Source: Saccostrea echinata (taxonomy: Eukaryota). Taken from it: a DNA stretch of 64,000 nucleotides. The notes under the pieces are model-generated. The model searched no databases, was not told the DNA's origin, and saw nothing but the letters and a program-made list of their open reading frames with translations. Both the position numbers and the translations under genes were made by a program. Each line of letters opens with the position of its first letter. Within the stretch, counting starts at the first letter, position 1. Shown in pieces: positions 52,319 to 64,000 of the stretch. The DNA is taken from the NCBI RefSeq assembly GCF_033153115.1, contig NW_026889759.1, forward strand, positions 14,012,001-14,076,000, in the 5' to 3' direction.

Positions 52319-53889
52319 ACAAGAGGCCCATGGGCCAGATCGCTCACCTGAGCATATTGGCTAGGCAAAAACACAAATCAGTTCAGTATTGAAAAGACTA
52401 CAGGGGTGGGGGTGGGGGGCTTGAATTTTAAACAACCTGATGATGCTTCCATGTCAATATGACAAATGGCTTTGTTGTACTTGAGTTGATTTTAAAAAAA
52501 ATTCCCCATATATTCCTTTGTAAAAATTTGATCCCCCATTGTGGCTCCTCCCTATCCCAGGGGTCATCATTTGAACAAACTCGAATCTACACTACCTGAG
52601 GATGCTTCCATATCAATATGACTAAACATAGCTTTTCTGTTCTTGAGAAGAAATATTTTTTCTATATGTTCTTATGTAAAACTTTCGATCCCCCAGTGGG
52701 CCCCATCCTACCCTCGGGGGTCATCATTTGAACAAAATTGAATTTACACTACCTGAGGATGCTTTCATATCAAAATGACTAAACATAATTTTCAGTTCTT
52801 GAGAAGAAGATATTTTCCTATATGTTACTATGTAAAATTTTCGACCCCCATTGTGGCCTGACCCTATCCCCGGGGGTCATCATTTTAACAAACTTGAATC
52901 TACACTACCTGAGGATGCTTCCATGTCAAAATGACTAATCAGCTTTGCAGTTCTTCAGTAGAAAATGTTTTCCTATATATTTCTATGTAAAACTTTGATC
53001 CTCTATTTTGGCCCCGCCCTACCCCCGGGGATCATGATTTGAAGAAAATAGAATCTACACTACCTGAGGATGCTTCCATATCAATATGACTCATCATGGC
53101 TTTGCTGTTCTTGAGAAGAAGATTTTTAAAGATTTTTCCTATATATTTCTATATAAAACTTTGATCCTCCATTGTGGCCCCGCCCTACCCCCGGGGGTCA
53201 TGATTTGAAAAAACTTGAATCTACACTACCTGAGGATGCTTTCGTATAAATATGACTCATCATGGCTTTGTTGTTCTTGAGAAGAAGATTTTTTAAAGAT
53301 TTTTCCTATATATGTCTATGTAAAACTTTGATCCTCCATTGTGGCCCCGCCCTACCCCCGGGGGTCATGATTTGAACAACTTGAATCTACACTACCTGAG
53401 GATGCTTCCATATAAATATGACTCATCATGGCTTTGCTGTTCTTGAGAAGATTTTTAAAGATTTTTCCTATATATTTCTATGTAAAACTTTGATCCTCTA
53501 TTGTGGCCCCGCCCTACCCCCGGGGGTCATGATTTGAACAAACTTGAATCTACACTACCTGAGGATGCTTCCATATAAATATGACTCATCATGGTTTTGC
53601 TGTTCTTGAGAAGAAGATTTTTAAAGGTTTTTCCTATGTATTTATATGTAAAACTTTGATCCTCCATTGTGGCCTCACCCTACCCCCGGGTGTCATGATT
53701 TTAACGAACTTGAATCTACACTACCTGAGGATGCTTCCACATGAGTTTCATCTTTCCTGGCCCTGTGGTTCTTGAGAAGAAGATTTTTAAAAGATGCTAT
53801 TAATTTTTCATTAATTCTTTATTATCTCCCCTTGAAAGAGGGCGTGGCCCTTCGTTTGCACAAACTTGAATCCCCTTTACCCAAGGATA

Positions 53890-53931
<42 letters not shown>

Positions 53932-54018
53932 GAAGAAGTAGAAAATGTTAAAAGTTTACAGACAGACGGACAGACGGACGCCGGACAAAAAAGTGCCTTT
54001 GGCTCAGGTGAGCTAAAA
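52319..54018 (+). mobile_element. Helentron/HINE-like element with ~8 copies of ~166-bp satellite
   Basis: Same termini as the 4067 and 8290 copies; gaatctacac at 53051, 53217, 53383, 53546, 53712 (period 163-166). Confidence 0.9.
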
Positions 54019-54878
54019 AATAAGAATACAGACATTAACATTATTTACAATGAAAAGTAAGGGAAAAATCAAATCGAATAACATTTTGAGATAACAAACT
54101 CAAAATGTGTTGACGATTTAATCATGCTTCATAATAAATGTCTATGGAAAGGTTCCGCTTTTCTCTACATACTGTAATAAAATGAAAACGAATTATTACA
54201 TGTATATAGCCCAAAGTCGTTGACCGTAACGAAATTGACAAGCTTTTTGTAATGATTAAAACCAATCCCGGTCCTATAGGTCCAAGTTCCATTTATAATG
54301 AAGTGATCCTTTTTTTTCTTTCACCTTCACTTCATTCTCTTAAATTTGCGTTGAACTCAGTTTTAAAGAAAATGTTCATGATATTTTTTATCAAACTTTA
54401 TATGCTGATACATATCAGTGAGAGATATTCAACTGTATCAAAATTTTGAAAGTGACCTTGTCTTTGACCTTTATCTTGCTATGTGTTAGCTCAATTTTAA
54501 AGAAATTATTCAAGATATTTTTTTCAAACTTTATATGCTGATAACATTGGTGAGAACTATTCCGCTGCTTCAAAATGTTATGACCTTGACCATCTCTATG
54601 ACCTTGACTTCCTATTCTTAATTATGTGTTTACTCAATTTCAAAGAAACTATTCAAACTTTTTTATCTAGAGACATTTAATGATACATATTGGTGAGAAC
54701 TATTCAACTGTGTCCAAAATGTATGACCTTGACCTTACTTTTCTTTATTTTGCATTTACATGTAGCTCAGTTTCAAAGAAAGACGTTAAACAACATACAA
54801 ACAAACAAACAAATTATCTACCACATGCACTGATATATATTAATGACAACTTATCAATTGTGTCCAATCCTTTTTACC

Positions 54879-55185
54879 TCGTGATCGGAAGGTCGTGTGT
54901 TCGAATCACGGCCGCGACTGACCTAAGTCGATAAAAAACGGGAAGCAACTGCTCCTTTGCCAAGCGCTCGGCACTTTGAAGTGAAAGTTGCGGGTCTTTC
55001 GGATGAGACCTTAAAAACCGAGGCCCCGTGTCACGGTAGGCGTTGGCACGATAAAGAACCCTCATTGCTCAATGGCCTGAGTGCCGAGTAAGGTTTAAAT
55101 TTCAATTTGAAACCCTTCACCGGTATATTATGACATCTCTATATGAGTGAAAAATTCTCGAACGGGACGTAAAACAACAATCAAT
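54879..55185 (+). mobile_element. tRNA-derived SINE with Deu/Nin core, 5'-truncated
   Basis: B box gttcgaatc; core ctttcggatgagaccttaaaaaccgaggcccc..ataaagaaccc; (caat)n tail; ~15-bp TSD caatcctttttacct / caatcttttttacct. Confidence 0.85.
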
Positions 55186-55473
55186 CAATCTTTTTTACCT
55201 TGTCCTTCTGTTTGATCATTGACTTTACTATTTGCTGTGTTCAAAACTTAGTTTCAACGAAAATATTCAATATATTTTCATTGAACTTGATTCATTAATA
55301 CAAACTGGTGAGAGCTATTCATATGGGTCATAATTTTCTTACCTTAACTTTCCCTGTGACCTTGACCTCACTATTCCTCACTTACCGTAATCATGACCAA
55401 TGAAGCAAGGTACATTTCTTTTCATATTGCTTTACTTGCATGGGGCATTCAATTCAAATGGACACTTTCTAAT

Positions 55474-56283
55474 TTTTATGCCCCCGTAATCGAAGATTCG
55501 GGGTATATAGTTTTTGCCCTGTCCGTCTGTCTTTCTGTTTTTCCGCAAAAACTTTAACCTTGCACATAACTTTTAATTGATGGAGCTATGGCTTTCGTAT
55601 TTCACATGTGTATTCCTTGTGACAACAACTTTCTTTGGGTACCAATAAATTTGACCTTGACCTTGGAGTTTGACCCACTTTTACAAAAATTTACCCATCT
55701 TTAACCTTGGCCATAACTTTTGAACAGTTGATGCTAAGGCTTTCATATTTCACATGTGTATTCATCGTGACAAGACCTTTCCATGGGGTTAAATATTTTT
55801 GACCTGAGAGTTTGACCCACTTTTGAAAAAACTTTAACCTTTGCCATATCTTTTGAAGAGTTAGCACTACGTTTCCTAATTTCACAGGTGTACTCCTTGT
55901 GGCAAGTCCTTCTTTTGGATACCAAATATTTTGACCTTTGGACCTTGGAGTTTGACCTGCAATTTGAAAAACTTTAAATTTCGCCATAACTTTTGAACAG
56001 TTTGTGCAAAGGTCGTCTCTTGCGTACCACTATAATTTTGACTGTTTGACCTTGACCCTGGAGCTTGACCCACTTTTAGAAAATATTAACCTTGGCCATA
56101 ACTTTTGAATGGTTGGTGCTTGGGCTTTCATATTTATCAGGTATATCCATTGACACAAGTACTTTCTTTGTGTAACAACATTCTTGATCTCTTGACCTTG
56201 GGAGTTTGACTTGCATTTTAGAAACTTTAACCTTCCCATAAGCTGCCATACGGGGGCATCAGTGTTTCACAAACACATCTTAT
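55474..56283 (-). mobile_element. Helentron/CvA-like element, same family as 46275-46752
   Basis: Reverse complement starts aagatgtgtttgtgaaacactgatgccccc; ~140-bp monomers; terminal hairpin cccccgtaatcgaagattcgggg. Confidence 0.8.
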
Positions 56284-56454
56284 TTTTTTTTTCTAAAAAG
56301 CATTTATTCAATAACTGCTACATGTAGTAAAATAACATATATTTGGCACTAATAGAGATTCTGGCATTGAGCAAAATACAATATGACAAAGTTAATTAAA
56401 TTAAATTAAATAAAGAAATAATTTACTCTTCTTCTAATCAAAAAACAGTTATAC

Positions 56455-56597
56455 ATATATTATACAAATATAGCCCTTTCATGAGGTCAATCCATAGATA
56501 TATCAACTTTACAGAAGTGCAAGGTCAATATGCTTTTCTGTGAAGTCGATATATCTCTGAATTGACCTCATGAAAGGGCTACATTTGATATATTATT
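56455..56597. repeat. Palindromic MITE-like element
   Basis: tagccctttcatgaggtcaat..gatatatc / gatatatc..attgacctcatgaaagggcta. Confidence 0.75.
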
Positions 56598-57392
56598 TTC
56601 CACAAAGTTTCATTTGTTGAATGATTTTTTAAAGGAAGATTGTCAAATTGTAAAGAAAAAAAATATTATTAGAAAGTACCGGTCAATCTAAGTATTCACT
56701 GATTAACCACATTAACTGGAAAAGAATTTTGATTGGTTTGAATGACATACTACAGCAACTCACAATCATTTTTACAAGTAACAAAATTTTCCTAATCTAT
56801 TATTAGAAAGTACAGGTCTATCCAAGTTTTTTATGTTTATATTTAGAAAGACCCGGTCTATCGCATTTCTATACTTTGACATTTGATATCAAACAAAGCA
56901 ATGATAAAACTCAAAAATAAAATAGAATTAAAAGGTACATCAAAATAATCACTTGTCAATATAACTTTATGCCTTCTTCTTTAAATATGAAACAGAATAA
57001 CTTTAATTTCTGCAGTAGCATAATCTATGATAGCATCACATCAGAAAATGTCAACAGAAATTGAAATATCATAACAAAGATTCGCATTGTAATGTATGAA
57101 ATTTAGCACCTTCTACATTGTTATCTGTTGTGTGCAATTATAAACTGCACTTCTTCATCAAGGTTTACTAGAAATACTAGAAATTTATAAAAATTCAGTT
57201 ATAAACTGTCCTGACAGTTTACAACTACTTCTTAGCAGAAACAGATCTATAATTCCTCCTGGTTATAGGAAGCAATGAACTTTATGTCGGCAGCACTATA
57301 CATCAGTCGACAGAAGACAACCCATTCTTCTCATCTCCACTGTATATCATTTTACGATATTCTAAACTACTTGTGATTTAATCGTTGTGTAT

Positions 57393-60300
57393 TCAAGTGT
57401 TGTGAACAACATGCTTGAAATATTTCCGGTCACTTGAGATCTCTGCTTCTGACTCTAGCTGTGCTAATTCCTGCATACAGAGAGAATGCCTGCGACGTAT
57501 CTCCAACATAATATCATCATGCTCTTGGTAGAACTGGCGGAGCCCAAACTATCCAATGAAAACAATGGTTATATAATTATAAATTATATCTGTAATTAAT
57601 TTTATTCATAAATTTTAAGTCAACATATACAGTCATGTTTTTTTTTCTTTAGGGTGTTAATTTCAGCATTTTTTTTACATGCTTAAACCAGTTTCAAATT
57701 CTTTGAAGAAATATAAATCACACCCCCTCTTTTTTTTTTGCTAGTACACTAGTATAATAAGATTCATTTCCTGTTAAATTGCATTATTTATCATGTATGA
57801 TAATAATTTTATCATTGAATTTGTTTAATATATGTATTATTTTAATTTCATTTCTGATTCATGGAATATTTATAATATTAGCTTAAGAGAATGTCTTCTT
57901 TTTTAACTTTATATGCAGCAGTTATTACTTGTTAAATAAATATTTAATAAAAGAAATGCTACTTGCGTGTTTTTTAAAAATTGCTATGTTCTTTAACTTA
58001 CTGTGTCTACTGGCACAGGAGAATTGAGAAGCCTAAAATTAGATAAAGAGAAATGAGTTATATCTTTCAATACTATGTTTGTCAGGAAAAACTCTCAATG
58101 AACATTTAATAAGCAAAGCATTTAAGTTAAGTTTATTGCTATTGAAAAAAAATGGAAAGATTCTCCTATACAAACCTTTCAGGGACCATTGCCATGGTAT
58201 CTCTATAGGTCTGCCAGAACTTCTCAATCTCTGCTTGATATCTGACCATCATACAATCACTATCAAAGTTCCCAATACCTAGTAAGTGGAAAATTCAATT
58301 CAAAGAAAATGAAGCTGATTATATGGAATCTTCGAAACTTGAGAAGATACAGTTCACTTAGGAAGTGTAGCAAATGAATGAATGGTTATGTAAAATGCAC
58401 CTTTCATTAAGTTTTCAAGATCTTCAATTTCTTTCCTTATAACTGCTGCTGTTCTAGTTTCAAACATTCTGTAAATAAGTTATATTATATTACTTTTTAC
58501 TACATTGTGTTGCAATAGAAGTACAAAAAGACTAAAGCCCGTGAGGTAAAAATTTTCATTACATTCTAATGCCTTTATCATAATACAGAATAGCAAATCA
58601 TTTAATATTTCAGCATTATATGATTTGCAGTCGGACCCAAAATAAAAATAAATAAATAAATAAAAATAAAAATAAGGTAGAAGTTAACTTAATTTTAACT
58701 TATGAATATTCCAATATTTATAGCAATTATTACCCATAATCATAACCATTTGATGTTGTTTCTGGTTTGGTGTGACTGCATGTCCATTCATCGACAAAAT
58801 GTTTCTTTTTCTGAAAGGAGTATCAATATTAACCAATGTCTTCTGAGAAAGAGAGAGAGTGTGTAAAGTATGGGAGAAGAGTGTCAAAAAAATTGTGCAC
58901 TAGATAGGAAACATACCCATGCTGGATGACTGTACTTTTTGTGAACCTGAAATTTAAACATGATATTTATGACAACAATTTAAAGAAAAGATGAAAGAAT
59001 TTTATTTCATTAATTTAGCAGAAGAGGCTCAAGAGGAACTGTTTCAATATATCTTACAATGGGTGGTTTAACTTTTTCCTTGTATGGCAGATCTTCTTCA
59101 GCTGACATAGGAGCTGGGACAACAGGTAAATCCTTATAACTGTCAACACTTAGAGATGGAATAAACACCAAACATTTAGATGGATCAATTCCAAGTTCCT
59201 CCTTGGTGTAGCACTCGGACTTCCATGGCATTATGGCATCTAGCGTTTCTGGTGCACACCTGCACAAATCAAATAATGGTGACCTTTGAAAACCTTATGC
59301 AAGGGCAGATCTAGGATTTTTTTTTCAAGGTTGGCATCCATACCCACTCAAAAAAGAAAAGAAACTCTTACTCATAATTTTTTAATAAGCCACAAAAAAG
59401 GACTGTCCAAACACAAAAAAACCCCTATTTGTTTGGTGGGTGGGGTTGGGATGGAAGGCACTCTTTTGGACAAGTTATTCCCCTTGGGGGGTGTTCCAAG
59501 TTAGGTAATTTTTGAGTTACTTTACTATATAAATATAATAACTATGAAAATCTTGAAGGGGGGGGGGGACAGTAACCCCTATCCACTGGATTCACTATTG
59601 CAATGATTTTAAGAAAGAGACAATGTTTTTACCTATTTTTCTTTCCACCCTTGTGAACTGTGTTTGAAAAACTGTCATCAGCTAATTTGTAACATGTTCC
59701 CTGTTCAGAGCTATTTATCATATGAGTTTCTTCACCAAAGATCTGCTGATGTGTGGCTAAATTATAAACCACTGGTGATATATTTTCTGTTTTCACACGA
59801 GAACATTTTGCAGATGATGGTCTAATCTTTTCTTTCTCCTCTGTTGTAGTGGCTTTCTCTGCAATGGTCACATATTCTCTCAAATCAATCAAATTTCCTT
59901 CATTTTTAAATGAAAATGGTCTATCACTTTTGTGTACATATTTGGAAGTCTTTTTTTCCTGGAAATTATAAGATGGAAAAGGGGCATTATCTCCAACATC
60001 TATAACAGGAACTGGTTTTCCGCCATGTGGAACTAATTGTTTATCATGCTCCTCATAATGATGATTCAGTTTTTTGTTCTGTGTCTTACTCAGATGACTA
60101 GAATTTTCACAAAATTCACTGATACAGAAATTACTGTCAAGTTTCCAGTTTCCTTCTATTCTACTTTTCGCACTCTGTGCTCTGTTTGATTTTTTCGCTG
60201 AAGTTGGGGGACGATGAGAAATTAATTTTAATTCCTGGTCCTCAGTTTTCCTCTCTTGAACTGGGTGTTTTGAACTCTTTTGAAAAAGTTTGTTGGTCTG

Positions 60301-60919
60301 AGTATTTGGAAATAATTTACTCCGATTATGGAATTCTTTTACTGATGATTGTTGGGTTTTCATTCGATTTACTGTAATAATAAAACATAAGAAATTGTCA
60401 TTGTTGGGTATCACATAATCAGAATTACGTTTCAGATAAGTTTTAAATAAACACTGATATTATGTTGATGATGACTGCACTGCACATTCTGTATCACACA
60501 TTAAGCATTGTAATTTACAGATATATGTTAGTTAATGTCTCGTTGTACATATGTATAGTTAGGGTACTTGTTTCAAATTTAAGAAAGATTTTGTCATTAA
60601 TCATATCCTATCAAACATAACATACTGACTTGTGATTTTAGTTCTTAATACTTTTTCTAATGTAATACTTTTTACCAGAGTCAAGTCATGTGAGTTTTTT
60701 AGGTTTCTTATATGACTCAGTCAGAACATTAAAAAAAAAAGTAAAATCTCACATATTTAATGGTATTAACTGGACCTGTCATTTCCAGATTAGTAAGGGA
60801 TAGGTTATATAATTGAACCATGATAAAATGAAAAAAAAAAATCACAAAATCTCACAATTAACAGGATTCTCTATTTCCAGATTAGGAATGGGCATGTCGA
60901 ATGTTTTAGTGGAAGCCAT
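57393..60919 (-). CDS. Uncharacterised protein, ~489 aa (disordered N-half with RPxSA motifs, helical C-terminus)
   Basis: 9 phase-consistent GT-AG exons: 60919-60856, 60371-59633, 59259-59058, 58946-58917, 58810-58734, 58468-58401, 58278-58176, 58032-58002, 57548-57393 (1470 nt, open to TGA). Confidence 0.75.
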
Positions 60920-61244
60920 ATTGTTTACATTGACCACCATTTAAAAAGGAATATGAAGTTTTTTCTTGATAGCAGTGGGGTTGTGGATATAAAGCTAGAA
61001 ACTTCCACTTTTACAGAAAACAGTACTATCTCGATAGGGTAAAGATAAAAACATGAAGACCATTACGACAATACAATACATTTGGGTTGGAGAGTATTTA
61101 TCTTAATCATTTAGACGTTTTACTAGAACGGGAAATGTATTCCTCTGTGAACACGTATTCAACATTGATCAAAATTAGTGGACAAGCAAGAATTTGCAAG
61201 TCAGCTGTTGCAGACGAATGTTGGCTGTAGATTTTAATTAAAGG
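60920..61244. promoter_or_regulatory. Putative bidirectional promoter
   Basis: Only 325 bp between the divergent ATGs of the uncharacterised gene and NPLOC4; contains ggaag/cttcc ETS-like cores. Confidence 0.55.
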
Positions 61245-63906
61245 ATGTCAAAGTCTAAACTGATTGTAAGCTTCACCGATAATTTAGAGGTTTTTCTGTT
61301 GTATTCCATGAAATGTATCAGAAAATTCAGGTTAAATTGATTTCAAATTCTACCTCAAAATGCTGCCGGTTTGTTCACCTCAAAAATATACATGAACAAT
61401 CAGAAAGGTTTAGTAAGGTTTATATTTATCTCATTTAATATACACCTAGTTGTAGACATGGTTTACCAGGTTTGTGTAATTTTTCTTGTGTTATTCCATA
61501 AACATACTAACTTTTCTCTACATAGTTGTAACTGTAAAGTATGAAAAAATAAGCAGTTTAGTTCTTTAAAGTTCCCTTTTCTATAGGATGTGTCATGATA
61601 CAATTTGTTCCGCTTTCAATCTATATTATGCATTCAGGGGCTGACAAATATATTTTTGAGCATTTGCCTTAGGGAAACAACTAAAAAAATTCATTTGCTG
61701 TTCTTGTAATTTTACTTGTCATACCTAAATATACTTAGATGTGTAAACTAATAAACAAGATTAAGTAATTAATTTGGGTTTTTATTTCACCTCATGCCCT
61801 TATTCATGGTAGTACAAAAGCATATGTGCCAAACTTGTTTAACAAACAAATAATGATTTACAATGATGGCACATCCAGTGTAAAACATATTGCTGTTAAC
61901 CTTCTCTGTATTTGGGAACTCCCTGAAAAATATACAGTGTGTAATATTTTTCTTGCTATAGTATTTAACTTGGGATCAAGTATCTTACCAATTCAAGTAG
62001 TTTTTTTTATGTTGAGCTTTTATTATGTACCTTAATTAACAAAGGTTTTGCATTTTCTCGTTTACTAATATATTGTGTTCATCTAACTCTCTGTAATTGA
62101 AGATTGTCAGGATACAGTCAGCAGAACATGGGACAAAGAGAATTGAAGCCAAGCCTTCAGAAATAGTGGCAGATTTCTTGAACAAGGTAGGTTTACAGAT
62201 TTTGAATACTATCATCATACTTCATCAAAAGAGAAAATGAGTAAAATTTCTTATGCATAATTAAATAATCAAAGGAAATATATTCATGTACTGTATGGGG
62301 GAAATAACTCGAAGTGTAAATATTCACTACATTCACAGTCCATTTTTAATCTGAGAATATTAAAGTTATAAAATATTAAGCTTTGTTTTTAAAAAAAAAA
62401 AAAAAAAATTGAGTCGGCTACCAGCAGATAATATTACAGTCAAAGACATTCAGTACTTACAAGTGATACTTGTCCTTTATTTAATTTCCATGTTTTCCTT
62501 AAATGAAATTAGCATAGACTGACCTACGTTTATAGAAGAACAGTGACTTTATTTGTTTGATCAGTGAAAATGCAAGGGTTGTCACAGAGTCTCCGAAAAC
62601 CAAATATTTCTATCAGTCATTCAGACTGTTGACTAAATGTGTTCTACCAGTCCAAAGCAAATTCCATCAGTCCAAATAAATTCTAGTATAATTCATGATG
62701 TAATTCAGAAGTTGTTTCACCTGAAAGTATACATCAATTCATAGGGGCTTGCTCCTGGCATGTAATTATTATTTATTTTAAAAAATCATATACATAATAA
62801 TAAAACATCACGTGTTGTTTTAATATTACATATTTCATTTTTCTATTGGTTTTGCCAGTAGGACCGATGGTTTTCGGAAACTCTGTTGTCTGTTTTTATT
62901 ATATACTCTATAAATAGTCCCTATATAATCTACACAAAAGCAAACAGTTCATAATAATACCTATTCACTGGAAGCCTGGGGTTGGATGGGGCCACAATAG
63001 ATCAATTGTATAGGAAAAATTTTGAAAAATCTTCTAAAGCCATGATTAGTCAAAGAAATGTGGAAGCATCCTCGGTAAGTGTAGATTCAAATTTGTTCAA
63101 ATCATTACAATATAATATTGCAAATAACTTATTTTATATGAATACAAACCGCTACCATGTCAGAAGTGAGATAAATGTGAAAATTACAACCCATGGAATT
63201 AGTCCCCCATACAGTATATTCATGTAGAGCTTTGAAATGAGAGTTATTGATTTTCATAACAGGTACAGGAGGAGTTTGGATTAGGTGATACTGGATGGGG
63301 TGTCTACAAGACGCGTGATAAGAAAGAATGGATTAGAACATCAAGGGCAAAAACTCTTGATACTTACAAAATTAAGTATGTATGCATATATTTCATAGTT
63401 TATTAGGGCCCAATGAAATGTTTAGAGCTATAAAATATTCCATGTTTTATATTAATTCCTTCAAGAGACACTCTGTTTTAAGTATATAGAAATTAAAAGA
63501 TGCAATTTGAAATTAAAAAAAAATAAATCTGATTCAAAAGAAAATCATTAAACTGAGGATACATGGCATGGATGATATGCAGTAATCAAAAGCCTCCAAT
63601 GTAATAAAAAAATGTAATATTTATATTTGTGCAAATGTGACCCATAGTAAATGAAACTTCTTTTTTTTTTTACAGACATGGAGACATGTTGTTTTTGCTC
63701 TCCTCAGACCGTAAACCGAGTAATGCCAGCTTAAACAGTATGAGTAGTGGGTCTGGGGCCTCAAACATCACAGGAGTTATGGGTTCTGTTAGTATATCTG
63801 GCTCCTCAGCATCCTCAGGCACCTCACAAACCGTAGTTGAAGATGAAGTAGATCAGCTTCTATACAAAGAAGATGGCAAAATTTACAGGAAGAGGAATGA
63901 ACAGCT
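61245..63906 (+). CDS. NPLOC4: Nuclear protein localization protein 4 homolog (p97/Ufd1 cofactor), 5' part; continues beyond the window
   Basis: Exons 61245-61265, 62103-62186, 63263-63375, 63676-63906 give MSKSKLIIVRIQSAEHGTKRI..KIKHGDMLFL..VVEDEVDQLLYKEDGKIYRKRNEQL, matching human IIIRVQSPDGVKRI..KIKHGDLLFL..VVEDEIDQYLSKQDGKIYRSRDPQL. Confidence 0.93.
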
Positions 63907-64000
63907 GTAAGAGAAACTTGTATTCATATTGTTTGAATGTACATCTCTATCAGTTCATGTTAATCTAAATGAGTGAATGCTTGCATTATGCTTTATTGTT

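Larger units (their letters stand above)
51242..55475. repeat. Nested repeat cluster (caaactttatatgctgatacatattggtgagag family) hosting younger insertions
   Basis: Monomers at ~51350, 54392, 54525, 54680, 55300; related sequence surrounds the captured fragment at 1300-1600. Confidence 0.6.

Noticed and set aside
52319-54018. Regular repeat arrays as CRISPR
   Set aside because: Whole ~166-bp monomers repeat with no unique spacers, there are no cas genes, and the context is eukaryotic
54879-54915. tRNA gene
   Set aside because: Only a B-box remnant forming the SINE head; no cloverleaf
46275-56283. Inverted pair of same-family repeats bracketing the dehydratase gene as a composite transposon
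   Set aside because: The family is abundant and Helentron-like, the copies are diverged, and no shared TSD is visible; chance is more likely

Overview
AT-rich, intron-containing animal DNA, most likely an oyster (Ostreidae), judged from ~166-bp Cg170/BclI-like satellite arrays inside Helentron-type elements and Deu/Nin-core SINEs. I spliced six genes by hand from GT-AG junctions with consistent phases: (1) a TMEM126-like gene (-); (2, 3) two tandem 13-exon ionotropic glutamate receptor-like paralogues with an N-terminal domain (iGluR-A 12049-24317 and iGluR-B 26730-45268, both -); (4) a PLP-dependent Ser/Thr dehydratase-family gene (+), head-to-head with iGluR-B; (5) an uncharacterised 9-exon ~489-aa gene (-); (6) the 5' part of NPLOC4 (+), head-to-head with gene 5. 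Both receptors have non-canonical ligand pockets that look Gly/D-Ser-like rather than Glu-like, and unusual pore loops (YGQD and LHQG). An inverted, frameshifted, intron-containing copy of iGluR-A exons 9-10 lies at 1598-1938. Non-coding DNA is dense with MITEs, foldback elements, SINEs, LINE remnants and nested insertions, many with readable target-site duplications (TSDs). All alignments, identities and family assignments are by eye or from memory; no searches were run.
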